DNA of 64,000 nt from Thalia democratica (GCA_965202585.1 OZ241831.1:5332001-5396000); one strand, 5' to 3'; numbered from the stretch's first letter, positions 1-13,400 are shown. Made by a program: numbers and translations. Notes: generated by a model not told the origin, from the letters alone.

Positions 1-3000
1 GTTGAAACCGTTGAAGTGTGTTTTTTTATTTTAAACTTGTTAAGCTGCTAATCGGTTGACAGCTGGAAGTGTGGACGTCTTTCGAGAACATTCCTGGACC
101 GCTTCCCGCAGTTTGTCGGCTCGCAGCGATCGAGCCTTTAAGCGGAAGCGTTTTGCCAACGCGATAAAAACGCGATAAAGACGAATCGATAAGCGAAGCG
201 AGGTCCAACTCTACGACATTTAGCATTTCCCAAAAGACGAAGCGAAAGTTTCAAGTTCGATTTCGCTTGGTGCTTTTCGAACTAAACTTTGAGTTTGATT
301 TGTAAACAAAACTTTAAATGTATCAAGCTTTTATTTTGTTCGTTAATACTTTCCGTTTGTTTTAGGATGCGTCATAGCAAATTAAAACTAAAACTTTAAT
401 CTAATTTAAAAAGCTTTTCTTTTGTTTGTCAAAAAAACATTCTCACTTGTTTAGTTTTTTTTTTCTAAAAACTCGTACATTTTATTTTGCTTTTTTTGTT
501 AAAAATTCAAAAGCTCACGACCCTCGAAAAACTCTTAAATTTTCGAGCAGAATCGCAACGACGTTCGCGACGACGCTCAAGACATTTAAAAAGTCGCGCG
601 CCGAAAGTCAACTGACCCGAAATGCGAAAAGCTTCTTTCAGCGCTCGCTGCACACGCGGCTTGATAAGATGCGACACTTAATCAATGCATTGTCTCCATT
701 CCAACTTGCCGACACTTTCGCGCTTCTGCTAAACTTCGGCCTATTATTACGTCAAAATAAACGCGCGACTAATGGCTACAAGCGCAGAGTTTAAAGCAAG
801 AGTTGAAATGCGCGTGTCGAGCCAAAAACATGTTGCTAATTGTCTTTGCTTTTGCGTTTTTTTTTTTCCGAGTTTGCATGTAAGATGCTTGGTAGAAAGT
901 TTAAAATTAATTAAACAGTGTTTGTTTTTTTTTTCAAATTATCACGCTAAAAAGCTTACACGTTGCACAGCAGATGTAACCGCTGCACTTGAAACAACAA
1001 TGAAGCAAAACGCTGAAGCTCAAATCATCTTGATCAAGCGAATGGAAGCGACTAGCCACTCAAACGAGCAGTTATTAAAAATGAATGCAACAATCAACTG
1101 CGTTTCAAGTGCGACACCATCGATGTGTTTCAATTGTTTCAACGCGCGCTCCAGTTCGACCCGTTCTTTTGAGGTTTGTCTTTTTGCTGCGCACTCGAAA
1201 CATTGCCGTCGAGGTTTAAGAAGAGAACAAAGAAATTTCGACTTTGTGATTGAGTGTGATGCTCCGTTTTTAATGGTCAATAAGAACAAGACAATGGCAG
1301 AGATGATATCGATTATGATTTTATTCCGATTACTTGTCGCTGGGTCCAAAGGACCAATCGAAGCACCCGTGAGAATGCTTGAAAGCCCTTCTGCAAAATC
1401 ACGGGTAAATCTGCTACAAAAGTTTGTAGATTAATGTTTGGGCATCGGATGATTTCGTTGTTCGCAGATGAGTGTTTGTAAGGACGATTTTATTGATTTG
1501 CGGTGCTTGATTTATGCGAAAATTGATAACTTGGAGTTTTGTGTTGGCCATTGTTTGTGTGACTTTAAGTGTGTAATTTTGTGCTCGATTATCGATCGCC
1601 TTTATTTCGTGAAAAGATGAAACTGTTTTGTTTAAAATTAAATTTTTACTTTTGGTTAAATTTGGATGATTTTGTTACGTAAATTAAAATGTCGCCTTGT
1701 CAGTAATTAGAAAAAAAATCTTAAGAAATTTGAAAATTTGCGCACCAATTTTAGATTTTAAAACAAGCTAAGAAAATAAGTAACTAACTAAAATGTAAAT
1801 TTAGTGTAGATTAAGAAAATTATATTTAAAGTTATAATAAAAGAAATTAAAATCAAATATTGAAAAAGAGTTTTACTTACAAGCGAAAATATTTTACAAA
1901 AGTTTCTTTAACTCTAATGAACTTTTGTTAAGTGTTATTATAAGTATTATATATTAATATACTAAGCATTTTACAAAAAAAAAATTTTGTTTTGCTAACT
2001 TATAACAAATTGTCAAGCTTCTTTACTACTAAACCTTCAAAATTAAAATGAAACACTTTCATTTCAAAAATGTTTATAAGTATAATAAAATATTTTAAGT
2101 TTTATGACTTGAATATACTTTTATCATTTGTAAGCTTTAGCGAAAACTTTAATGTTTTTTTAGTGCAGTTTAAGATTTAAATACTTAAGTTTTTACATGG
2201 AACATTTTAGCATTAAATGCATGTTTATTTTAATGGTTTTATTTAAGTTTCCTTTATATGTTTAAAACGCGACAATTTTGTGAGTATAAAATTAGAAAAA
2301 GGTTTCAAATTTAAACTTAAAGTATGCAATAACTAAACCTAAAAAGAAAGTTTACAAATTGAACCTTTTTTTTTTAATTCATCGAAACAGATGTGACAAT
2401 GTACTCTGCTAAACACCCGTCTCGTCTGCTAACAGCAGAGTGTTGCAAATTAAATTTCCGAAATTTAAATTAAAAAGGGGGGTGATGGCAATTTCTTAAG
2501 AAATTCAAATGAAGCACAGGCGCTTAAGCACTCTCGACCGACAACAGCCCACCTGACCGGCAACACTCGATTTTCACACGACTCGTTACAAGGAACACCT
2601 ACCCACTGAAACCTTTCAAGTTTACTTTCTTTTCTTCCCCTGCCCACTCGACAAGCCACTATTTACCTTCTCTCAAGAATAAAGCGTATTATTGACAATT
2701 AGCAGCGAATGGTCGCGGCCACTCCAGCAGCTTTAAGATTTCGTTTTCTCACTGCGGTTTGAATTGAACGTGTAAAGGAGAAGGAGAAAAGTTACAATTG
2801 CACTCAAGGTTTAATTTTGGACTTCTTCACAGACTCTAGCTTGTAATTAAATTATATTGTATATTTGGTTGGAGTGAAAAATTCGTGATGTGTGTTTTTA
2901 CGAGAAAGCTTTAGAACTTTTAAAGAAAAAAAAATACCTTATGCTGACTAGAATACTTTGAAAAGAAAATGTTTTTAATTTTTTTGTTGGCGTGTGCTTA

Positions 3001-3177
3001 AATTAGTAGTGTTTAATTTGATTCTATTTAAACTTGCAATTTTTTGTAGCGCAAATATAAATTAAATTACAATACAAATCACAAGCAGTAAATAATAAAA
3101 TTCCTTAGTAAAAAGAGCTTAAGGAAAACGTTTCGACATAGTTTTTCATTTGTTCACCAACGAAATGCACGACTCAC

Positions 3178-3378
3178 CCTAAACTCGTTGCTCTTGTTGT
3201 AGTGGAGGTTTAGCGCGCGAAACAACTCCCCGTTTCTGGTCACCTGCAGTTGCGGCACCTCGCACAGGGAGGCCGTCTCGGCGAGCGCCTGCCTGGCGAA
3301 CTTCTCCATCTGGATGTAGTAGAACTCCCTGAAGTTGCTGAACCACTTGATCAGCTGGGAGGTCGTCGCTCGTGTAAA
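3178..3378 (-). CDS. PROX1: Prox exon 7, homeodomain helix 3 and start of Prospero domain
   Basis: FTRATTSQLIKWFSNFREFYYIQMEKFARQALAE...LFRALNLHYNKSNEFR; TTCAG acceptor and GTGAGT donor. Confidence 0.97.
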
Positions 3379-6300
3379 CTGAATTTTGAAAATAAAAGTA
3401 ATATTATAAAAACGGAACATAAATCTTAACAAAGTTTACTATTTGATGTTAAATTGAAGCTTATACAGCTTTTAGGTCATGTACATGATTAAAAAAGTTT
3501 AAATTGTCAGAAAAAATGCGTGAGTATAATAAAGTTCAGCGCAATGAAACAGTTGTTTTGACGCATTCAAACTCAAGCAATAAACTTGTGTTTGACATGA
3601 AATAACAAATTCCGATCATTAAACAAGGACTGTTAAAAAAATTGCAGTAACCAAATACGCTTAAGTATATAAACTACTTTATCTGCCCTTTGTGCAAACA
3701 ACGGCAAGCAAATAACTTTTAAGCCCGTACCAGCGCGTAGAAAGGCAAAAGCTGCATTTTGTAACGTTTCAAGCATTTGTTATGAGAAGCCGTAAAAGGC
3801 GCATCAAAGTGGCATTCAAGTCTCTCATAAAGTTTTCGCAAACAGATAAAGCAACGCAAACACACACACAGCGATGTGCAAACAAACAAAATCAAATGTG
3901 TTTGTATGACAGTAAATATCTTATTGCAACCATAACACGCTACTTTGCACGTTATGCAAGCGAGTTCTTTAGAGGAACAAAAATTTTTTGTTGTTTCGCT
4001 GAAGAGTTTTCGCTGCGAAATGGCAGCCAGAGGCAAACGTCAAGCGCTGGCAGCGACGACGAAAGCAAAAAGTTGCAAATTGCAAGGGAAAAGAAAGACT
4101 TGTGCACCGAGGTTTCGCGTACGGAGCAAACTGAGACTTTGACCTTGGTGACAAATGTTTAATCGGGTGCTTAGCGATAAAGATAAAAAGATAACGAGCA
4201 TTCTCAAGTGTTGTTGTACATTAACAGCCAGTTGTTTGCATGCAGTATTAAAAAATAACTTATACACAAACAATAATTATATGCAAATTTTAACTTTTAA
4301 AAAGGTCATGTTTAAAAATACGAGTACTTACTTTAACATCTGAGAAGTAAGTCTTCAGAGTGTTGGCGCTCGGGTACCTCGTGTAGAAGAACATCAGTTT
4401 CGCTTTCTTCAAATGCTGTGGGGTCAGACCTTCCTGGATTGATGCTGCCGAATACGGGCTTATGTCATGCGCTGTGGCGGAAAAATGTTTTATTTTTAGT
4501 TTAAAGAAAACTCTATTTTTTAATATCCTTTTAAATCTTGTCCAGGTTAATTTAAATTTTACTTTGCGCTTATGCCACGCGTTGTTGTAAAAAAAAATAC
4601 TTTAATACAAAACGAAAAGAAACTACTATAACTTATCACAGTTTAAAACAAGCTTTTTAATTTTTAGTTTTACCTTGTGTCCGCTTGTTCCTCGGGTCGC
4701 AGGTGCTGATCCTGCCGGACGACGTCCTCTGGCTCATGTCCACGCCCGTCCGCACCTTCCGCGGGTTCAGGAAGGGGTTCTGCGGGAAGCCGGGCACCAG
4801 ACCCGGGAAGGCTATCTGGCTGCTGAGCATCGAGGTCTGGGGCTGGGCGGAGGTCGACGGCATCGACATGGGGAACAGGAAAGGGGGAACCCCCCGCCTC
4901 ATGAACGGGGGTAACTGTGTTGGGAGGGAGGGTGTGACCGAGTTGTTGACGTTCGTGTTGCTGCTGACGTCAGTCGTCTTCATCCTGAACTCGTTCAGCG
5001 GCTTGAAGTCCTGGCCCTGGCGTTGGGGCCACAGCAGGTTGTTCGCCTCGCCCCTCTGCAGCTGCTGCTGCTGGCGGACCAGCTCGGCCGCGATGCTCGA
5101 GTACTGCTGCCACGGGTGCTGCAGGCCCTGCAGGATGGCCTGCTGGGCGAAGTTGCTCGACGAACCCAAGTCGTTTCCGGAATGGGTAATCCCCATGAGC
5201 GAGCGCGCCAAGCTGGCGTCCCGCTTGAAGGGGCCCCAGAACTGAGACGCCGCCTGTTTGGCGAAGGAGTTCTCGTCCTCGGCCTTGTCCTGCGCCGAGT
5301 CGCCGCTGTCGCTTGCGGAGTTGAGCGAGGTCACGGACTTGGGCGAATGGTGCACTTCGCTTTTCTCCTGCTGGGCCTCGGCGTTTTGAACAGGCTTGCT
5401 GCAGCTCTTTTGTTCGGCTTCGAAGTCGTTTTTGGCATGGTGGTTTTTTGTGGCGTCGTCTAAGTAGCTTTTGCTTTGGGCTGCCTTCGATTTCAGTTTG
5501 TAGTTTTCTTCTAAGTTGACTTTTAACAGATTGATGGATCTGGAATTAGTTAAAATTGTTAAGATTAAAATTAACAAGAAAATTTTTCTCTTTAAATTAT
5601 CCATTTATAGCTTTTATTCACATATTTGCACCTTCTTTATAGAATGAAAATCAATACAGAGGTGTACTGCTAAGGTTTTTACTTTAAAATTTTCAACTAA
5701 CTCAGCTTTCGGCGGTTTAGCAGCTTCGACTTCGTATTTGAAAAAGGGCTGGTGGTTTGAGGTGTTCATGGCAAAACTGCTGTTGTTTTCGCCAAGTTGA
5801 TTTCGCGCAGCGCTTTTCAACGCGCTGTTTGAATCTTCGCTGCTGACAGCTGCCTTGCACTCTGCTATTTTTCTCTTTGCTTTCTTTGAGCTCGGTGCGT
5901 CTAATAATAGAAACTGCTATTAGCAAAAAGCTTTTTCGAAGTGCGAAAAATTCTTAAAAGCATATCACTGGTATTTTTTTTTTACTTTTGGTACGTTTCT
6001 ACTGCAAAGCTTTTAAAGGTTATGTGAGGTAATGTTTTACCTTTTATCAAAACAAAGCACAGTTTAGAAAAATAACAAAAAGCAAACTTCATTTTCAACA
6101 GCTACACAAAAATTATATATTTTTAATATACCAATAAAATTAGGTACTAACTACAGATTGAAATCTTTAAACGCATGAATGCAAAACAAACACCCACCTT
6201 GCTTGCAACTGTTCGCCGATTTCTCCCTGACGCGCTGCTTGCCCCTGCCGCCGTCGTTCCTTCTCACCAGCCTCTCCAGCAGCCTCCGCACCGACTGCTC

Positions 6301-7421
6301 GGCCACCCTCTCGAACGAGGCCATCATCTCCTTCTTCAGCGTCTCCACCAGCGCCCCGATCTCTTCGTCGTCGGACTCCTGTTGCGCGTCGCTGACCGCG
6401 TCAGCAGGTTCGTAGCGGGCCTTCTTCGACCTGCTGCACGGCTCGGCGTTGCCGCTCGACCTATCCAGGTGCTTCTTGAGGCAGGTCAGCACCGCCTGCG
6501 GGTCCTCCGCTTTGCTCGCGCCGCCCGGCAGCACCAGGTTCATCGCGTCCTGGTTGTGGGAAAAGTCTGAAAAAAATGCGAGTTGAGTGAGAAAGGTTTA
6601 AACTGTTTAACTAGAAGTAGCATAATAAAGTGACTAATTAGTTTATTTTGAGCAAAAATCTGAGTAAAAATCTTCATAATAAAACAAAAATCATAAAGTT
6701 TGACTATTGTTTAATATTTTAAATAAAAACTTTAAAAAAAAACGTTTAAAACTCTCATTACCTTTTAAAACGTTGAAGGCGAATTTGTCCTCGAACACGT
6801 TCTTGCTGTAAGCGTTGAAGGTGGCTGTCTTCCTCAGAGCTTCCAAAGTTTTCTCTTGCAGGCTCGTCGCGTCCGTCTTGAAGGAGTTGTTCTGTGTTGG
6901 TCATAATTTAATTTAAAATTAAAAATCTAAAGCTGTTGTTATAAGTAAAAGTGAAACAAATACAATTACAAGGTTTCAGTTTACTTCACGCCACTTACGG
7001 TTTCGTACGACGAAAACAAGTTGTTGCCGTTCACGGAAGAGTTGTCGCGGGCCATTATGCTGGTCACGATGTTTTCCACCCTCTCCCTCTTCTTCGTGGA
7101 CTCCTTGCAGTCGTCTCCTTCCTTGCCGCTTTCCCCCTTCGCACCCGCCTCGAAACTCCTCATCGGGACGGCGCCATTTTCAAGCTTCAGCGCTTGAGCG
7201 TCGTTGAACTTATTGCTATCGTGGGTTCGATTGGGCGAGGGAGTGCCGCTGGAGTACTTTAGGAGGTTTTCCTCCGGTTTTCCGTCGTCGTGGGGGCCCG
7301 GGGAGTTGTTGGGCGAGGAGTCGTGGTTGTCTTGGTACTGATTGGTTGGTTGGAGGAAGGATGTGGCAGCCTGTTGGCTTTCCATTGAGCACGAGCGATG
7401 TCCAGACATTAGCATGGCCAT
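3178..7421 (-). CDS. PROX1: Prospero-related homeobox transcription factor (multi-exon; last exon not found in window)
   Basis: Exons 7421-6999, 6891-6762, 6566-6198, 5900-5702, 5539-4674, 4471-4332 and 3378-3178 all have GT/AG ends and compatible phases (2328 nt = 776 codons). Translation includes KKRERVENIVTSIM, ETLKKEMMASF and the homeo-Prospero domain LTPQHLKKAKLMFFYTRYPSANTLKTYFSDVK|FTRATTSQLIKWFSNFREFYYIQMEKFARQA...LFRALNLHYNKSNEFR. The symbol denotes the family; orthology was not tested. Confidence 0.95.
4332..4471 (-). CDS. PROX1: Prox exon 6, N-terminal homeodomain
   Basis: AHDISPYSAASIQEGLTPQHLKKAKLMFFYTRYPSANTLKTYFSDVK followed by GTAAGT. Confidence 0.97.
4674..5539 (-). CDS. PROX1: Prox coding exon 5 (Q/P/S-rich region)
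   Basis: Within ORF 4657-5604; TTCCAG acceptor, GTAAAA donor; GC-rich codon usage; phase 2 to 1. Confidence 0.9.
5702..5900 (-). CDS. PROX1: Prox coding exon 4
   Basis: TATTAG acceptor, GTTAGT donor; DAPSSKKAKRKIAECK...KPPKAE; phase 1 to 2 fits both neighbours. Confidence 0.8.
6198..6566 (-). CDS. PROX1: Prox coding exon 3
   Basis: TTTTTTCAG acceptor, GTGGGT donor; encodes LVETLKKEMMASFERVAEQSVRRL, resembling the PROX1 LAETLKQEL helix; phase 1 to 1. Confidence 0.9.
6762..6891 (-). CDS. PROX1: Prox coding exon 2
   Basis: CACAG acceptor, NNSFKTDATSLQEKTLEALRKTATFNAYSKNVFEDKFAFNVLK, GTAAT donor; phase 0 to 1. Confidence 0.85.
6999..7421 (-). CDS. PROX1: Prox coding exon 1 (contains KRERVENI motif)
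   Basis: ATG at 7421, 29 nt after an AG acceptor at 7451-7452; GTAAGT donor after ...SSYET (phase 0). The start codon choice among nearby ATGs is uncertain. Confidence 0.85.
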
Positions 7422-10400
7422 CAAAGTAAATTTGTTTGAAAATTTCAAATCTGTTTTAATTTGCGCAGGTTCTAAGAATTTTCGTTATTTTAGAACTAGT
7501 TACTCAGATTTTGAAAATGTGTGCTTATTTGAACGTGACTAGTTCGGAAGAAAAAAGCTTTAAAAACAAAAAAAAAATTAATGATAGAATACCCTTACTG
7601 CTATCCATAAGAACATTTATTAAAAAAAAAAACAACTTAAAATTTAGATGATTAAAACAATATGTTTAGAACCAAAAGTATTTGTTGTGTACAAAACAAT
7701 TGCTTTGATAATTTGTTTTAGTTTTTAATTAACGCTGTGTTTAAATTTTTATTAAGCCCTCTAGTTAATATTTTATTAAATCGTTTCAACTAGCTATATC
7801 TCATTCGAAAAACGTTTTTGTCTTTATGCTTTAGTCAACAAAAAATAAAAAAAATAAAGTTTTGAATTTAAATGTTTTATCTTATAATAAGTATTTAATT
7901 TAGATATATTTGTCTGTTTGAAGGTATACAGCTATTGCCAGTTCTTAACTTAGTTTTTTTAATTTTAAGATTAGATATTTTTTCAAGATTACTCAAAACT
8001 AAAACTCTCATGTTTTTTTTTACAAGTCCGTTGTTTGTACAATGTACATTTTTTGAATTTAATTAAATTACTCAAGGTGGAAATATTTCTTAATATCTAA
8101 TTATTTCTTAATTCGACAATGTTTAAAACAAACGTTTAAGCCGTTTAAAATGAATAAATAAGTATTAACGTTATCTATCCAAAAGCTTTGTAGCTGTTAT
8201 GTTTTAAACATTTTAAAACTGAAGTTTTTTTGAAAATTTGTTTAAACTATAAATAAAAATCTTAAAAAGCTAGGAAGTGTTAACGTTTTTAGTTATAACT
8301 TTGGAATCTAAGTATGTAATATTAGACTTGTCATAAAATAAAAAATCTCAAAATAAAATCTAGGTTTTTGAATCTCACTAGCAAACAAAAACTCTATCTC
8401 AATATAAATCAAAAATTGTTTGAATAAAAACAACTGCATTTTAATTTTCACTTGAAATAAATTATATATTTTTTGAAATACCAGTAAACGACAGTATCAA
8501 AAGTAAAATATTAGGCAAATCAAGTTTTTTTGAACCTCAGTGCAAAATCACATTTTGCAAGCATTTTTATTAACGCGATTGATTACTTAATGAATTCGTA
8601 ATTATCACTGTCGCTTATATATGTACACGAAACTTCCTCTCAAATCTAACAAAAGTTTTTCTTTCGCCACCTTATTATAGCTGCGACAATAAGGGTGGTG
8701 AGAGAAAAGTGAGAAAGCGCATTGAGAGGGGAGCGCAGCAGTTTTGAAAAATATCAATTAAATGTTACACTGGTTACTTGAACTGCTTTTTCATTTGAAA
8801 CATTTTTATTACTCTTCAAAAGGGTGGAAAAATATTTGTGTTTTTTATTTATTAAACATGTGTAACAATTAAGTTAATATTTTCATGTTTGTATGTATAT
8901 AGCTAAGAATTGTTATTATTGATATTAGGAAGAGATGCATAAACTACTTTCAACAACCTTAGTATGTATAACTTATAGTTTATAAGCATAATTTTCTAAT
9001 AAATAAGCAGTGGTCAATAAAGATATGATGATGTTTTTTTCGATAAAAAAAGAAAAATTATTGTCTTACATTGATTTATTTTGATTTTTAAGCTTAACTA
9101 ATCATAAAACCAATGAATAATTGCTTATGTCCTAAATTCAACTGTTGTTTTTTTAATAGGAAAATTTGTAAATTTTATTTACTTCATTAAAAGAAACTTG
9201 TTTTTTTAAACAGTTTGATGCAAATAAAAAAAAAGTAACAAGTTTAATTTAACTTACTTAATTATTTTGTTTTTAAATATTTTTGTACTCTGATCACGAG
9301 AAACAAATATTCGCGTCAAATTAATGTATTAATCACACATATTTTTATTTAATAGAATTTTTTATAAGTTTAATTTATGTACTTCAGGTAAAAGTAAATT
9401 TGTTTATGTGAATTTAGTTAACTTAAAAATTACACTTTAAAGAAAACGCTTTAAAGATATAAAAGACTTTTTATATCAATAATTAATTTTATGTTTGTGA
9501 GCTACAATCATAATAACAAAATGTTAAGTTTGTTTTCTTTCAAGTTTAAGCTGTTAAAAGTACTTCTTTAACATTTGTATGTTATAAAATCTTAAAATGA
9601 AACTATCAGTTTAAAAATATACATTTAAATTAATTAACACTTTTTATTGTAAACTTAAACTTATGATTGTTAAATATATTTATTCTTTTAAGATACCACA
9701 ATACTTTTTAAATAAGTTACTAAAACTTATTAATCTTTGAAACGACAAAACTAGGCAACTTTAGAAAACTAAAGCGCATAACTTTAAATTGTTAAGTAGC
9801 TTTGAAACGAAAATCAACATCATTTGTACTTAATTACCTAGTAGGATTTTATAACTAGTAGATTAATTTTCTTAGCTAAGGATCTAATATTTAAGTAGCT
9901 TTTTTGCAACACTTTAAATTTACAACATACTGTTTTTGCACAACAAAACTGAAATGAAATTATTTATCAAACCAAAATATTTTCATATGCTACTACGATC
10001 CTTTTTGATAAGTTGTATTATCTCTTACACTTTTTATGAGACTTTCTAACACCTAATGAATTTTTAGAATACCTAACTTTTTATAAATTTATTGTATCAA
10101 ACTCTTAGGCAAATAATAGTAACAACAATATATATTAATTAATCATGAAAGTTTGCTTTTAATAACAAGCTAAGTTTTATCGTTGTAAAAACTCAAAACC
10201 TTTTGTTGAAAAACCCCAATTATTTTTTTACCGAAATAAATCGTTAATTTTGTGTCTATCATAAAACTGTTTTACAAAATTCTTTACTTGCTTAAAGATC
10301 TTCCAATTTTAAGAACTTTTGTTGCTGATCGATTCCTAAAATATTATTAGTTCACTCTTTTTGACGGTTTTAATGTTTTATCTTTTACGCTTTTGATATT

Positions 10401-13400
10401 TTAAAAAAACTATTTTTGATAAACAAGTAGACTAAAAGTTTTGAAGAATAAGCTTGCGCTTAGAGTTAAGGTATAGTCATAAACTGGGAAAATTTTACAA
10501 CTGTTTTTATTAAACAAATCATTTGTAAAACTTTACTTTTATAAACAAATTTCCAAGTACTAAGCATCGAAATTTGTTTGGATATTACTATCGATGGACG
10601 AAACGAATTTTATACTTTTTAAAACTCTTATTTTACTTAGGTTTTGGACTGAAAGTTTTGCTAAATAAGCTTGTGTTCAGGTTTAAGGTATAACAAAAAC
10701 TCTTTTTTTTCAACTGGAAACTTTATGTATAGTTTTTGTAAAGCTTTACTTTGTTAATCAACTTATAGCATACAAAACACTGAAGTTGAAGTTTGAGCAA
10801 TACTTTGTTGATGAAACAAAATGGTCTTGTGTGTTTATAACATTTAACGCACACAGAATATATTTTGTGCAGGTATTCTTAAAATGTCGAGTAGAAGATG
10901 CTTCGAAACTAGAACTTACTTACATTTACATGTATATATTTAACATTAATTTACTGATATTTTACCAGTAGTTTGTTTTTTGAAACTTTACTTGTGCTTT
11001 AATTCTCATAATGTTAACTAAATTTCTGTAAACTTGTGTAAAAATAAACAAAAGCATAACATAGTTACAATAGATTTATCAAACAACTGGAAACAATAAT
11101 ATAAAAGAAGTAGACTCAAAACCTAAAAGAAAACTTAAGAAACTTTTTTGATCCTTAAGTTTAGCTTATCATTTTATCATTAACATATTTTACTAAGAAA
11201 GACTAAGTTAAAAATTTAACAAAAAAAACTAAGTTGTCTAGCTTATATTTAATCTGTAAATTTATCAAGTAAAGGTTGTTAGGTATGTTTTAAAATAAAT
11301 GAGTTTTAATAAAAACGTACAATTATTATTCTACCGATCTGAAATTTTGTTTTCTATTTGTTTACGAAGGCTGTTGAAATATTTAGTACCATCAGTCTTA
11401 GAAAGGCACACAGTTTTCTGAAAACTTCGACTTTCATAAGACAACTTAAGACTGAAAGATTTTGGACTTTTGCTCGAAGCAAACTTTGCAAAGTCGAAAA
11501 TATTTGCTTTAGAATTACAAAAATGCAGTGTCTAATCACAGCTAAAGGTGCATACGAAAAACTTGCTTAAATATTTGGTTTGTGTGTGTGTTTGTTTGCA
11601 TGTTATCTGTTATGTTTACCAATGTCACCGTATCAGCTGCTTAGATGCGGCCGAGGCCTCACTGTGCAAACCATTAAAGTCCATTACCCGAGATAACGCT
11701 CACTTAAGCATTTCAACTACCTCCGTCTTCAGCTGCTAAGGAATTTGATAGGAATGATTTGAAGGACCCCCCCCCATGTAAATAACTTCAAAATACAGTT
11801 TGATGCTCTTGTGTCAAAAACTTCTTTGATAAAAAGATTAAACTTCACCTTAATTAATGTAACTTCTTACTTTGTTATATTAGCTCGTTTGGCGATATAA
11901 AGTGTTTTTTTATTATGATTATAAGAAAAAGTTTTACACTTTTTAAAGTTTTAAGTAAATGTTAAATTTTCAATATTTGGTTTAATTTTTTATTTTAAAA
12001 GCTACTAGATAAAAACAAGTTATGAATACCAAGCATAAAAAAATTATTTTAAGTTGAAATGTTGTTTGTTTACAAAACATGTAAACAAATATATGCGTTT
12101 TATAGAGTAAGATACAGCATAGTATAAAAAAATTCCTATACTAAATTTGTTACTTAACTCTGTTACTATTAGCTCGTTTGACTCTTAAATAAATTATCAC
12201 AAAGCTTTTTACTTTTTAGAACAAGTGTTATACCTTATTAAAGGTCAATAAACATTAATAACTTTTTAAATATAAATTGTAAACGATAATTTAAAGTTTC
12301 AAGAGGTTCTTAAAACAAAAGAAAAGTAGTAATTTAAAAAAAATAGAAACTTTAATAAAATATATACTACAATTGACTTAGTTTAAGTAAGTGAACTTTT
12401 ACTTTTAGAAAATCAAAACTTTATTTAGTACTTTTCAAAAAAAAAAAAAACAGTTTTATATAGTAATTTGTGGCAAAATATTTTAAAGTTCATACATAGA
12501 CAGACACCAAATTTTACAAAACTAAACTTAAATAGTTCAACTGGCGTCTTTATTTTAATTGTACTTGTTAATATTTAATTAAACGTTTTAATAAATTAAG
12601 ATATGTTGATGCTCAGTGATAATATTATTAAATTTTAAGTTTAATGCGGTTTGTTGTTAAAACTTTATTATTTTATTTTTAAATAGCACTTTTTCTTAAA
12701 ATCTTAAATTTCTTTAAATTTTCTTATCTTGAATGTTTATGACGGTATTTTTTACGTTAAATTTATGTTATCGTTAAAGAAAACTTCACTGCAAGTTATA
12801 TTTGAATATACACTTTTACAAAACATATGCATTTGGTTTTGGCTGTAGATTTTGTCTTAGTATTGCTTTAGAGCAACTATACTTCAATTTACACAGTTTG
12901 TTGAAAAAGTTAGTTGTGTTTCTGTTAATAACAAGTTAGTTATTCTAAATACTTACCTATTAAACCTTATCAGCAACTAACACTTTTATTTGCGTTTTTA
13001 CAACTTTTATCAACAACGGGTCGCGACTTATCTTTCACAAAAGATAAAAACACGCGATACTTTACATGTGATTGCAAATTCATTGTGTATTTTAACTCTC
13101 AACTTGGAGACGAGCACCGAGATGAATATCCATGCACATTTTATTACACGAGCATATTAACGGCAAAGCAAACATGCTCACAAACAAGCAAACAAGCAGC
13201 ATCGAATTTCGACCGCAACTTTGTGCTACTTAAACTTGACGATTTGAGGCTTTATCGCTTAATTCTCACGCTCCCTGTTTGGCTTTCTTCAAGCAGTAAA
13301 ACGGCGAGGGCAAACAAGTGAAGCAATAATCAGGTGTTATCGAGGGTTAAGCAAACGGAGCTTGTGTTGGACATTTTTTACTGCTTTTAAAGACTTTATC

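Noticed and set aside
426-1434. Plus-strand ORFs of 122 and 220 aa, and minus ORF 1020-1349
   Set aside because: No recognisable domain, F/K/C-rich composition typical of AT-run DNA, and no splice context; they lie in the presumed Prox intron.
2804-2839. Possible alternative Prox terminal exon (TACAAG|LESVKKSKIKP*)
   Set aside because: Phase-compatible, but no similarity to the Prospero domain end and no supporting poly(A) signal; likely chance.
4675-7542. Several plus-strand ORFs (4685-5245, 5023-5463, 6175-6570, 6951-7262)
   Set aside because: Antisense shadows of GC-rich Prox exons.
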